Shown here one piece after another: positions 51,625 through 64,000 of a stretch of 64,000 bases of DNA. This DNA is from Felis catus (lineage: Eukaryota), in NCBI RefSeq assembly GCF_018350175.1, contig NC_058368.1:159466001-159530000 (forward strand), written 5' to 3'. A program made the position numbers and the translations under genes. Every line of letters begins with the position of its first letter. Positions within the stretch are counted from its first letter, which is position 1. Below the pieces are notes generated by a model. The model saw only the letters and a list, made by a program, of their open reading frames with translations. It searched no databases and had not been told where the DNA came from.

Positions 51625-53420
51625 ATTTTATGTAAACTTTATTTAAGTTTTAGAATAGTTTTATAAGTCTATAAATATTGTAAATGTAGGACAGAGAATA
51701 TATAGTTTCCCACATGTTAAATATATTGGTACATTACAGTGAACTAAACTCCATACTTTCCTAGATTTTTTGTTGTTTATTTATTTATTCTGAGAGAGAG
51801 AAACAGAGAGAGACAGAGAGGGAGGGAGGGCCATAGGGATAGGGAGAAAGAGGGAGAGAATCCCAAGCACAAAGTCACAAACCATGAGACCATGACCTGA
51901 GCCAAAATCAAGAGCCGGATGCTTAACCAATTAAGCCACCCAAGTGCCCCTTTTTTGCTTTTATTAGTTTCTAATACCCTTTTTTTCTGTCCCAGAGTCC
52001 CATCTAGAAAATCACATGCTGTTTTAGTCTTCTTGTCTTTTTAACCTCCTCTGCTCTGTGACAGTTTCTCTGATTTTCTTTGTTTTTGATTACCTTAATG
52101 GTGTTGAGGACTGAATGTTCCTCAATTTGGAGTTTGATATTTTTCTTGACTGGAGTTTTGAGTGTTTGAAAGGAAGACCCCAGAAGTAAGATGCCATTCT
52201 CATTACATCACCTCAAGGGTAAATACCAACAACATGAGTTATCACTGGCAATGTTAACCTTGATTATCAGGCTGAGATAGCATTTGTAAGATCTCTGCAC
52301 TGTAGTTAACACTCCTCCTTTTTCATACTCTATTCTTTAGAAACAAGTCACTAAGTATAGATTGTGCTAAAGAAACAGGGAGTTAAACTCCACCTTCTTG
52401 GGGGTAGTTGAATTATTTGGTGTTCTTTGTAGGAGATGTAGCTCTTTGCTTTCATTTATTTATTCCTTCAATCATGTATTTATATCATGAAGGAATCATG
52501 GATATTTATTTTATAATTTGGGTTACAATCCAGTAAAATGTTATTTATATTGCCTCAAATTGTTTTATCTTTCACCATTGTAAGCTCTATCGGTTGCCTC
52601 CTACGTCCCTTTCGCATACCCACATCATTTTGTTTTGAGCACTGCCTTACTTCTTGACATTGTAATATGCTTCAGGCCCATCTTGTATATAGAAGGGCCC
52701 ATCCCTTTTATAGCTTTAGGATCAGCCAATTCCCCAAGGAGCCATGGTTTCTTTTACTTAAGAATGGTATTAGTAACTATGACTTTTGCCCTACTTAAGC
52801 TCAATATTCCCAGAGTGTCACTGCTTCAAGGCCTGCTCAGCATGCAGGGCTAAGAAATACATGGATATATGCTAAGATATATGTCTCTCTATAAGTATAT
52901 TTTTTATCAGTTTGTATCTATACTAAGCTAAATACGAGCTCCTACTGAATTCAGTACGAATTTTAATCCAGTACCACAGAACTCATACTAGCCTTACTCC
53001 CTTACTTATCTGTAACTCCTACTCCAACAGTAAGAAACTCCTACCAGCATGATCCTTTTACTTATTTGTTCAACCTCATCATATGTGTGTAATAGTTTCA
53101 GAGTTATTAACATGTACCCACTTGAGGAAAAAAAAAAAACCTGTAGTACCTAGAATACAGTGTTTGTATATTTTCAAAGTCAGATCAGAGTCTTTTTCCT
53201 CACCTTCAGTGAGACTTCTGTCATACATGTGTAATACAGTTAGTTTTCTGTCACATTCCACATTCTATCTTGAGACCTCTGAATCTCCTGATTTTTTTTT
53301 TAAATCTATATACTATTAGGGTACACTCTTTGGTGCTGTAAAGTCCTAAGGGTTGTGGTGAACATCTAGGGGCGTATGGGCACCACAACATTACCATACA
53401 AATTGGTACCCCTACCCTAA
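51625..53420 (-). mobile_element. L1MC/L1MD-like 3' region
   Basis: aaactttatt…ttttagaatagtttt, gtgacagtttctc, gccattctcattacatca, gggttacaatccagta motifs. Confidence 0.82.
51766..51950 (-). mobile_element. Can-SINE with internal deletion, inside L1
   Basis: tttatttatt, gagaga, gagaatcccaagca, catgacctgagccaaaatcaagag, gccacccaagtgcccc. Confidence 0.9.
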
Positions 53421-55921
53421 AAAAGGAAAGAAACAAAAAATGAGGTAAAGGGAGAAGAGAAAGAAAAAGGAGAGAGGGACAGAAGGAAGGAAAGGAGGGC
53501 AGGACTTTAAGTAAGTTAGTCATTGAAATCCATGATCTTACTACCACATTGCTTCAGTTTTTTTCCATTAAATCATTTTACCAACTGAGACATTTCAGCT
53601 GGATAAAGTCCAGTGTGTCCTTTTCTTATATACAATGCTTTTATGGGTTGTCATTCACACAGGAAACCTTTCTTATGGTTGATCTAAAGAAAGCATTAGA
53701 TGGCAGCCAGAATAATGCATCTTTTTCCATGTTAGATGCATTGTTTCTCTTACTTAGTGCCAGCCCTAGACAGACTGTACTTTCAACAAATAAAATTTTG
53801 TACAAGCTGTCACTTCAGGGTCTGAAAGGATTTGTCTCTTTTAGAAATTAATTTCTAACCTCAAGATTGCAGTTTATATAACTTATATCTTTTTCTTACT
53901 AGAATACAGAAGGCATCTGAGGCACAAGAGTAGGTGTTTTGTGCATACTGATCAAGCCAATCATTGTGGGTTATCAGTTTCTCATGTATACTCTAATGCA
54001 GTTGGACTAACAATTTGAAGAGCTCAACGATTATTCTGTTGGAAACTTCTAAATGACAGAGACAAGATAAAAAATATATACTGTAAACTTATGGGGAAAC
54101 TGTCTTTGGACAAAAGAAAATTAGAACTACAAAATGGTACAGTTTGTGCTAGTCCTTAGTTGTGTGATTTTTACTTTTACAACTCAATGGGCCTAAAAAT
54201 ATCTTATCAACCCATCACCAGCAATAAAATTCAAATGACACGGATGGTTGTTTACAATGAATATGTCAGGCAATTCCATATGTAAATGCTATACACATAG
54301 CCTTGCCAATTAGTTTTAAAACTTAGTTTTACTCAATGGAATGACTATGAATTATGCACGTTCTCCTGTCACTTGGGCAGCTACCTTAGATAATTCCATG
54401 TACTACGTGAAAAAGCATTCAATGAACCTGTGTTACTAAACATAGATTCTTTCTTTAAAATCTATGTTCCCATGCCAGGGATCAGAGTGGCTCTTGCTAC
54501 TGGTCCCTTTAATTTCTTGCATTTTTTTCTTCATGTAAAATTCACGGCATTTCCATGTTTCCCCAATACCCTCAAACTTTTCATGACAGGAAATATGCTG
54601 ATTCCTTGGGAATATTTTGCAGAATAACTATTTCCCTTCTGCCAAAGGAAGAGCTGAAAAATCTATTAGTTTAAAAACAAAAGCCCACTAGGCTGAGCGC
54701 TAGAAAAGTTTGTTTTAAGAGCTTGATCTGCTCCAAACTAGCCAAAGAACTTGAGGCTAATCACACAACCTGAATGTTTACTTTTTATCTTAAAAATATG
54801 AAATTTGAACTAAATGATTTTGAATTTCTTTTTAATTCCAACTTTCTAAATTTTAATGTTTTATCAAAGTATAGGGATTCCATAAGTAAAAAAGATTTTC
54901 TCAAAATGTGTTTTGCTAAAATAATGCTTAAATATGTTACGTTAATGTAATGTAACACACATTATTCATGAAAGGGGAGACACTTATCTTGCCTCTGTTC
55001 CTACTTCTCCACTATCTCTATTACAACATGGCCCTAAAGGACATCATCACTCAGCAATCAGTAATGAAGTGGAGCCCATTTGGTCAAGACACTCATTTTC
55101 TTTTGCTTTACAACCTCTTTTGTACTTTGAATTCTTACATTTTAGAGATACAAGTTTTCTATAAGTATAAATGATTCCCATAAAAAGGCAGGAGACATAG
55201 AATTTATTTCTTTTGAAATAGCATTGTCAATAAGGTTCAATATTCAAAAATGGTGTAAACGCTTTACTTGAAAATTTAAAATAGCAGGTTATTTTTTTGG
55301 GGTGTCAGGCTGGGGGGAATTGCCTGAAAATCCCAGGGAACAATTACTGTTTGTGACTTGGAAACATGTCATGTCCTGGCTCTAAATATTGAGTCTAAAC
55401 GATACTACAACAATTCGCCACATATCCTAAATTGCTGAGAGCCATAGCCTTGATGGGATTACCTGCCTCATCTCACATATGTCTTTTTCAGTGTAATATC
55501 AGTGTAGTAGGGACCCTTTCTTCCCCAAGTGACAGCATGTGCAGGTAACCCATATAGTATTTACAACCACTCCTGATCTTTTCCAAGAGGATCAAAAGAA
55601 TAAAAAACAGTTGAGGATCAAGTAGTCTGACGAACTGCAACTAGAAAAGGTAGGGACATTGTGGAACTTAGTAGTAGCAGTGTTCAAAGCATAACCTCCA
55701 TATCTTCCAGAAGAGAAGACAGTGGGCTGATAAGTTGTGCATCTGGAGTATTGAATAGGTGCCCCTTGGCTGTTCATCAGCAAATGAGTGGGTAAGACCT
55801 GACACAGAAAGCTATGGGAGGTGATAGCCTTCCATAAACTATTTAAGATAGAAAGAGGAATACTGCATGGATTTGAAAAAATTTTAATTACATGTATTTT
55901 TTAAAAAGCCAAAATCATGTT

Positions 55922-56120
55922 GGGACACTTGGGTGGCTTGGTCAGTTGAGCTTCTGACTTCAGTTCAGGTCATGATCTCATGGATGGTCAGGCTCTATGT
56001 TGACAGCTCAGAATCTGGAGCCTGCTTCAGATTCTGTGTCTCCCTCTCTCTCTGCCTCTCCTCTGTTTGCTCTCACTGTCTCTCTCAAAAGTAAATAAAC
56101 ATTTTTAAAAAATGTTTTAG
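55922..56120 (+). mobile_element. Can-SINE
   Basis: Degenerate head, ggagcctgcttcagattctgtgtctccc; TSD aaagccaaaat on both sides. Confidence 0.92.
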
Positions 56121-58116
56121 AAAGCCAAAATAGTGTTAAGAAAAATGTAAAACTTGCCTTCTACAACCAAACTCTAAAAGCACATGACTATTTTGAACTA
56201 TCAAAAATGAGCTGGAAATAAATCATTTAGGCAACGGAAATAGGATTACTGAGTTTAATATAGCTATCAGGAAATTGTTTTTTTATTATCTCAAAACTAA
56301 ATTCTGAGTGACACAAACCTAGACTGAATGAAAATATATCAAATGTGCAATCAAATAAAAATGCTATAGCTTCACAGAATATTATTGTTGGCACTTACCT
56401 TTCCCAACCTACATTTAATCAACTAGAATTATTTTTAAAGAAATAATTCATTGCAGTGAGTAGATCCCTTCCAAGTTCAAATCTCCTGGGCATGAGTAAG
56501 GTCCCCATCACCATGCTTATTTCACGTAGAGCCTACCAGTGTGGCCTGCTTAACACCAGTGCTTATCTCATTCTGCCATCAGAGTTCTCTCATTTAAGAG
56601 CGAGAGGCTCTTATGTCCCACTTTCCTCACCTCTGTGTCTAAAGCAAAGCACAATAGATCCCTTTACATTTTGGAAGGACATATTTAAAGTTTCAAAGTT
56701 TAAATAAATAAATAAATACGGAAGCAAGCAAACAATAAGTAGAGTAGGAGCTATAACACACCTTTAAAATCCTAGTATTAATGGTCCCTGGCCTCCCTGT
56801 CAATGGGAATGGGACAAGGTGGGTTCATTTGAAACTGCTTTTACTGAATTCCTTACAATTTCCGTCCTTCCTTCCTATATCGAATGTAAACCCAATCCAC
56901 ATTGAAATTGGCACTGGCTCAAGGCACTGAGTCAAATTAAGGGATACCAGTCTCTTCCTCCTACTCTTCTATTTGTGTTTCAGTCCAAGGAAATTTCTGA
57001 TCTGAGCTATGCTGCATGTCTATTATGCCAACTCTTTGATGCTCTTAGTTCCTGTCTTATAGCTTGAGTTCTTAAGGGCAGGAAGGCAATTCTCTGTTGA
57101 CCAGCTAAGTAAGGTTCCTGCCTTAATCCTTCGTTCTACTCTGACTTTACTTTCTAAAGAAATTTTAGGTTCATAGCAAAATTGAGGGGAAGGTACAGAG
57201 ATTTCCCATATATTCCCCGCCTTCACATATGCATTGTCAATATTCCCCACCAGAGTGGTACGTTTGTAATAATTGATGATACTGTGTTGACACATCATAA
57301 TCACCCAATTTCCATAGTTTTCATTTTGGTTCACTCTTGATATTGTATATTCTATGGATTTCGACAAATGTATAATGACATATATTCATCGCAGTATTAT
57401 ACAGAGTATTTTCACTGCCTTAAAAATCCTCTGTGCTCTGCCTACTCATCCCTCCCCTCTCCCCTGAAGCCTCTGGCAAGTACTGATCTTTTTACTATCT
57501 TCATAGTTTTGCCTTCTCTGGAATATCACATAATTAGTATCATAAAATATGTAGCCTTTTCAGATTGGCTTATTTCACTTAGTAATATGCATTTGAGTTT
57601 CCTCCCTGTATTTTCATGGCTTGATAGCTCATTTCTTTTTGTTATTTGAATAATATTCCATTGTCTAGATATACCAGAATTTATTTATCCATTCACCCAG
57701 AAGACATCTTGATTGCTTCCAAGTTTTGGCAATAATGAATAGATTTGTAATAAACCTATGTACAGGTTTTTGTATGGATATACTTTTTCAACTCTTTTAG
57801 GTAAATATCAAGTAGCGTGATTTCTGGAACATATGGCAAGAGTATGTTTAGTTTTGTAGAAAACCACCAAACTGTTTTCCAAAGTAGATATACCATTCTG
57901 CATTCCCATCAACAATGAATGAGTTCCTGCTGTTCTATATTATTACCAGCATTCAGTGTCGACAGTGTCCATATTTTGGGCATTCTGATAGATATGTAGT
58001 AATATCTCATTGTTTTGATCTGACAGATAATGTGGAGCATCTTTTCATATGCATATTTGTCATCTGCACATATTTTTTGGTGAAGGTAGCTGCTTAGTTT
58101 TTTGGCCCATTTTTTA

Positions 58117-58117
<1 letters not shown>

Positions 58118-58162
<45 letters not shown>
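58118..58162. repeat. (TG)n microsatellite within L1
   Basis: Directly visible. Confidence 0.96.
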
Positions 58163-58168
<6 letters not shown>

Positions 58169-58946
58169 TATTGTTGAGTTATAAAAGTTCTTTGTATAAA
58201 TTTGGGTAACAGCCTTTTATCAAATGTGTGGTTTGCAAATACTTTCTCCAAATCTATGGCTTCTCTTCTCATTTGGCATTGTCTTTTGCAAAGCAGAAGT
58301 TTTTAATTTTAATAAAGTCCAGTTTATCAACTCTTTCTTTCATGAGATACCTTTGTTGTTATATCTAAAAAGTCATCACCATGGTTATCTAGGTTTTCTC
58401 CTATATTACCTTCTAGGAGTTTTATGTTTTGAATATTACACTTAGGTCTGTGATCCATTTTGGGTTAATTTTTCTGAAGGTTGTAAAGTCTGTGTCATCA
58501 TTCTTATTTTTTTTTCTTTCTTCATGAAGGTGTCCAGTTGTTCTAGCATGAGAACATTGTTTGAAAAGACTCTCTTTGCTCCATTGTATTGCCTTAACTC
58601 CCTTATCAAATATAAGTTGACTACGTGTGTGGGTCTATTTCTGTACTCTCTATTCGTTCCTTCAATCTGTTTGTTCCTTTGCCAATACCACACTGTGTTG
58701 TTACGTGGCTTTATTGTAAGTCTTGAAGACATATAGTATCAGTCCCCTAACTTTTTTTTTCTTCAATATAGTGTTGGCTACTGTGAGTTTTTTGACTATG
58801 TACACTTTAGTTTCACTTATTCAATATTTACAAGACAATTTGCTGAGATTTTGATTGAAATGTATTGAATCCATAGATCAAATTGGGAAGAATTGACATC
58901 TTGACAATATTGAGTCTTCCTGCCCACTAAAATGGAATATTTCTCA

Positions 58947-59142
58947 GGGGTGTTGGGTGGCTCAGTAGGTTAAGCATCCAGCTTTGGCCCAGATCATAAT
59001 CCCATGCTTCAAGGGTTCAAGCCCCGCATCAGGCTGTGTGCTGACAGCTCAGAGCCTGGAGCGTGCTTTGGATTCTGTGTCTCCCCTCCCCTGCTTGTAC
59101 TGTCTCTCTGTCTCCTAAAAATAAATACAGATTTTTAAAAAA
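58947..59142 (+). mobile_element. Can-SINE inside L1
   Basis: Canonical body; TSD gaatat[t/c]tctc on both sides. Confidence 0.9.
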
Positions 59143-59454
59143 CAGAATATCTCTCTATCTATTTAGTTCTTTGATTTCATCGATCACAGTATTTAAATAC
59201 TGTGATCACAGTATTTAAATATAAAATATTTAGTATTTTATATTTGAGAGTGCTAGTGTAAATGGTATTGTATTTCTAATTTCATATTCCACTTGTTTAT
59301 TGCTTCCTGCCTTGATTTAGAAGTCACCTCCTTGGTCTTTATGGGGATCAATGGACTTCTGAAAATTCTACCTTTCCCAATTAATTGTGCTGTGTACTCT
59401 ATTCCACCCAGTCTATTTGTTTCACTAGCCAGTTATTTAGATGGCACATATTTT

Positions 59455-59990
59455 TTTCATTTAACATTTGTTTATTTAACAAATGTAGTCCTTATTGATA
59501 GCTGTTTATGTGCCAGGCACTCTACTTAGGCTTGGAGCACACTATAGTGAACAAAAAGAAATAGTGCCTGAATTAATGGAGCCTAATAAAAATATCTATC
59601 TGTATTTATATAAATATAGATAAAGATATTAGAGGTAGAGATATGTAAATATAGATATTACAGATTAAATATACTGGGAGAAAAGAAAAGGATCATATGA
59701 GGAAGAACAACAGGGATCTGCTTTACATTGGGTGTCTAAGGGAAGTGACCCGAAAAAAATAAGGTTTTTAACTGAAACATTAAGGAGCAGAAAAAGCAAC
59801 TCTGGAAATGAGTGGGAAGTATAAGCATTAGAGGCACAGTGAGCATCTGAGATAGTCCTAAAGTGCACCAGGGTGTCTTCATACAGTTGCTCAGTTTATG
59901 TAGTGGCACAAGTTGTTGGGGACATAGCTTATTCCATGAGTAGATCTTGTCTTATAGGAGGCCTTAACTTCTACTCTGAATTGGGGTTTG
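59455..59990 (-). mobile_element. L2 fragment
   Basis: tttatttaacaaat…tatgtgccaggcact…atagtgaacaaaa. Confidence 0.65.
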
Positions 59991-60639
59991 GAACTATCTC
60001 ATATATGGACTTGACACCTCATGCCCTCATCCGTTGGATCAGAATACTGTACTACTTTGAAAAGACCAGTAGCAGCCTTCTGTTGCTCTCTGTTTTAAAG
60101 TTTATACCTCTGGTAGTTCTCAAGCTCTTCTTGATCACGTTGACAGTTCTGACCCTTCTCCCATGCCCTTCCAGAAGGCTAAAGTCCAAGGTCTGCCCAC
60201 AGTTTCAGCCAAATATCAGAAAGTATGAGCAATACTTTAAAAGGCACAATTTTTGTTGAGAAAGAAATTTGCATTTTAACTTAAAACTAATTTTTATTCC
60301 TTTCTGCAGATGGTCTTTTTTTACTACTATATACTTTTAACATAGTAAGAGATTTAAAAGCACAGCAACCATATCTCATGGGCAGTAGTTTAAGGGCTCA
60401 GTTTTAAATATATGCAAATATAATCACCTTCCTTTAGCATATGCAAGTAAGACATAATAAAAATTTGAGTGTCATAAAATAGAATTACAAAATGACATAT
60501 AAGCTAAGAAAAAAGGTAGAATGGGTGGTAACAGCAGTTAGAGTTGTTAATGAAATCTGAAAGTGGATAGTAAAATGTTTAAGCAATGGATAGGCACAAT
60601 GGGACATTTTTTGAAAACTTTAAAGAATATGTCAAATAT

Positions 60640-60752
60640 GCCTGGAGCCTGCTTCAGACTCTGTCTCCTTCTCTTTCTGCCCCTTCCCACTCATGCTCTG
60701 TCTCTCTGTGTCTCAAAAATTAAAAAAAAAATTAAAAAAATTAAAAAATTTA
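60640..60752 (+). mobile_element. 5'-truncated Can-SINE (3' half only)
   Basis: gcctggagcctgcttcaga…catgctctgtctctc…A tail, no tRNA head. Confidence 0.88.
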
Positions 60753-61077
60753 TTTAAATATCCTCTCAATAACAATGTCAATAAAGCTGGCATATTTGCA
60801 ATTAGAAATGATACTTCTCAATATAGAAGCATATTTTTTGCATTTCATGTTTATGAATATTGATTGTGCTATTTCCTCATGCCTAAACTCTGATGAATAT
60901 ACTGATGCTGTGAAAACAGAGTAAAAACCTAAAGAAATTATTGATTTATTGGCTTTTCCACTTTATTTGAAGACATTAATTTTTTTCCAAAGGAGAATTA
61001 GATTAAATATGTTTATTAAATATCTGAAATTGAAGTAATATAATTTATAAAATCTACCTTTGTATACATGTTTGTTT

Positions 61078-61292
61078 AATTTTTTTTTTCAACGTTTATT
61101 TATTTTTGGGACAGAGAGAGACAGAGCATGAACGGGGGAGGGGCAGAGAGAGAGGGAGACACAGAATCGGAAACAGGGTCCAGGCTCTGAGCCATCAGCC
61201 CAGAGCCTGACGCGGGGCTCGAACTCACGGACCGCGAGATCGTGACCTGGCTGAAGTCAGACGCTTAACCGACTGCGCCACCCAGGCGCCCC
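61078..61292 (-). mobile_element. Young felid SINE (SINEC_Fc type), full length
   Basis: caacgtttatttatttttgggacag tail, most CpGs intact; TSD tac[a/g]tgtttgttt at 61065-61077 and 61293-61305. Confidence 0.96.
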
Positions 61293-61372
61293 TACGTGTT
61301 TGTTTTAAAAAGAATATTTCATTCCTGAAATATTTACTTCCTATAAAATTGAACTGATAATAGGTCTTTGCA

Positions 61373-61593
61373 GGGGCACCTGTGTTACTCTGTCAGTTAA
61401 GTGTCTGATTTCAGCTCAGGTCATGATCTCATGGTTTTTGAGTTTAAGCCCCAGGTTGGGCTCTGTACTGACAGCTCAGAGCTTGGAGCCTGCTTGGGAT
61501 TCTGTGTCTCCCTCTTTTGCTGCCCCTCTCACACTTACACTCTGTCTCACTCTGTCTCTTAAAAATAAATAAACATTAAAATTTTTTTAAATG
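61373..61593 (+). mobile_element. Can-SINE
   Basis: Canonical body; TSD aataggtcttt at 61359-61369 and 61594-61604. Confidence 0.94.
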
Positions 61594-62156
61594 AATAGGT
61601 CTTTTACTCCTAAGTAGGATTTTAAAAGAAAAAGCTGTGTGTCATCAAGACTGTAAGGATCTTTTTTAAATTGGTTAATTATATTAATAAAAGTAATATA
61701 TGAGGAATAAAGTAACAGCCACAGCACTGGTTGGTAGAGCATAGATATCCCTGTTGAAATTGTAACCAGAAAATTTTTTATATGTCAGTCTAGGTAGCCA
61801 CCTCTTACATGCATTTAAGATGCATAAGACTATATGTTTTTCTCCTTTCTGTTGCCCTGGAAATCCATCTTGAACTTGGCAAGTTTGTTCTGGAATTGAT
61901 GAACTCAACTGTCTTTCTCAAGGGCTGGTGTTAACCCAACTTACAGTGGAGGTGGATCCTATCTCTGCATTTACATTTGAGTTCTATCACCATCTTGGGC
62001 TTCTTTCTCTTCTGGTCCCCATCTGTTTGGGGGTTTTGTTTTGATTTTTTCCCCCTCATGTTATAAACAATCCTTTTAAATTCCCCTTAAATTCCAAAGA
62101 CCTAGACAGAAAATGGAAATATATAACTCTTGGAAACTCATTAGAAACTCTGATTT

Positions 62157-62368
62157 TAAAGTTTATTCATTTTGAGAGAAAGAGAGAGAGAGCACATGTG
62201 TGCACATAGGTGGGGGAGGGGCAGAAAGAGAGGGGAGAGAATCCCAAGCAGGTTCTGTGCTATCAGCACAAAGCCTGACACAGGGCTCAATCCCATGAAC
62301 CATGAGATCATGACCTGAGTCAAAACCAAGAGTTGGATGCTTAACCTGCTGAGCCATCCAGGTGCTCC
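62157..62368 (-). mobile_element. Can-SINE
   Basis: Canonical antisense body; TSD aactctgattt on both sides. Confidence 0.93.
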
Positions 62369-63469
62369 AGGAACTCTGATTTCATACAAACAAGATTTTC
62401 ATGTGGTAACAAGAAGGAGGTGAACAAAATGCAAATCACACTCCTCCTGGCCCATGCAAAGCCATGAGCCTTTTTCTGGCTCCCCACACACTTCTGGAGC
62501 CAATTAACTGTACTTGTTCAGGAGCTTTACACCTTGAGAACTTTGCAGGGGAAGACCATGGGTAACTACAACATTGGTAACACATACAGCACATTTGTTG
62601 GCCTCATGGCATCAGTCACTAGATGTCTGAAGTACTAACTAATAACCCACAAATTAAAAGTCATTTCTTCATTGAATGAACTTTGCAAAAAGATGAATAC
62701 TATTGATTAATGAAGATTCTGATGTATAACCTCTCAAATCAATTAATTAAATGCATGGAACATTTTATACAAATAAACATTTGGTCAGAACAGCAAGCCA
62801 CAAACTGCGGGTTCTACCCATTGAATATTTCAAGAATGGTAAAAAGACTTCACCACTGACCTGCCCCAGAACAAAGTCCTGACAGTACGAGAGCCTAAAT
62901 TTGCCTTACGGTAGCTGTGAGGAGCTATATTTACATTTAACCTTTCTGGACTCTGAATTCTGGTCACAGTTTTACAACCAGACTTTCTTACCTGAAAGCA
63001 ATCATCTCTGACCCCAGCACTTCTCAGCCTGTTCATCTTCCTCCGCATCACCTTTATTTATCAATTATTCCATCCTCATGCAAGTACTGAGTCAAGCTTC
63101 CTACATTTAACAGCCTAACATATAATCTGTGAAGTTATAAATAATTATTACAACTCTAGAGGCAAGGTTGTAGAATTTGTACTTACTTTAACTAGTTTGT
63201 AACAAGTCTACAAAATTTGAGAGTGCCTGTTCTGTGGTTGAATCAGCAGAATGTATGCCTGTTAATAAAGGTATCTTAATCCTAGACCTGTAATAATTTA
63301 TAATATTACAGTTAAGATGACTTCCAATGTTATAAATTTCAAGGAATTAGAATAAAAATCAGTTAATTTAATCAATTAGATGATCTCTTGCCACACTTCT
63401 CTTGCTTGCTCTCTCTCCTTTTTTTAAGGGAAAAATTAAGTATCTGTGAAATCTCCAGGATAGCTTTCT

Positions 63470-63720
63470 ATGATGAGTTGCCCCAGAGCCAGATTGCCAT
63501 GTGTGAATTCTGGCTCTGTCAATTACTAGCTGAGTAACCTTAGTTAATTATTGAATCTCTACATTCTTTGGATTCCTCATCTGTAAAGTGGGAATCCTAA
63601 GAATATAGTATGATGCAGATTTGCTTGGGGGTTGAATGAATTAATATGTATAGAGAACTTATATTGGCTAATACCAATTGGCTAATACCATACACTAAAC
63701 AAATGTTAGATATTATCAGT
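63470..63720 (+). mobile_element. MIR
   Basis: gagccagattgcc…gaattctggctctgtc…ttactagctgagtaacctt…ttcctcatctgtaaagtggg. Confidence 0.85.
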
Positions 63721-64000
63721 GTCAGTGTTTAAAACACACACTAGTATATTTCAGCTCTTGAAATGGCAAAATAGTGTAAGAAGCTGATAAATGAAGGGAA
63801 TTGTGTAACTTATCAGTAAGAACAAGTTAAAGATGGAAATCATGATCTGGAGGGTTCAGAAAATCATTCATGCAAATTCCTAATCCATAGAAATAGCTAA
63901 AAATATACAGCATACGACTTGACAGATAGTAGCATGTTCTTGGTTAGAATGGAAGCATTTTGCAAATCTCTAAACTTCATTTCCCTACATGTAAGACTTT

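Larger units (their letters stand above)
57143..59305 (-). mobile_element. L1MC1/L1MC2-like, 3' end plus ORF2 end, about 2 kb
   Basis: gacttta…ttttaggttcatagcaaaattgaggggaaggtacagagatttcccatat, gccttttcagattggctt, ttgacatcttgacaatattgagtcttcc. Confidence 0.92.

Noticed and set aside
41592..56400. Isolated minus-strand consensus donors (acttacc at about 41592, 49490, 56394)
   Set aside because: No paired acceptor or exon-like upstream sequence; frequency compatible with chance
57023..58736. Several 60-114 aa ORFs
   Set aside because: Fragments of a decayed L1; no intact ORF2
376..62389. Recurrent ORFs starting MAQSV…/MSDFSSGHDL… (376, 1550, 9099, 10863, 45774, 62163)
   Set aside because: Translations of Can-SINE copies, not a gene family
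41148..63692. Short duplications (tttcagctattacaag x2 near 41150; agtgctagaaataa x2 near 41850; attggctaatacca x2 near 63663)
   Set aside because: Ordinary two-copy slippage duplications; no array or spacer structure, so not CRISPR-like
1..64000. tRNA genes, intact ERV genes, non-retroviral viral inserts, numts or prokaryote-like cassettes
   Set aside because: tRNA-like boxes occur only in SINE heads; no gag/pol/env, mitochondrial or gene-dense segment was recognisable by eye

Overview
AT-rich mammalian non-coding DNA, almost certainly from a cat-family (Felidae) genome: it carries about 20 tRNA-derived carnivore SINEs, including the felid-type SINEC_Fc form, and a carnivore-type L1 3' end. 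I found no protein-coding exon I can recognise. The ORF track is explained by SINEs, microsatellites, decayed L1/LTR sequence or chance. Much of the window is layered transposon fossils: L1M, L2, MIR, CR1/L3, MLT1/MLT2/LTR33/MER34 LTRs, and MER20/MER5/MER44/Tigger DNA elements, several with readable target-site duplications (TSDs). The best functional candidate is a repeat-free, GC-richer block at about 38.65-39.66 kb that looks like a non-CpG-island promoter or 5'-UTR exon region of an unidentified gene, probably on the minus strand. Smaller curiosities are a chain of three overlapping palindromes in an L1 (probable repair scar), a composite SINE inside one TSD, several close inverted SINE pairs, and a CpG-rich hairpin/E-box patch at 13.7 kb. 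I see no support for a new biological system. Repeat family names come from recalled consensus sequences, not a database search, and boundaries of old repeats are approximate.
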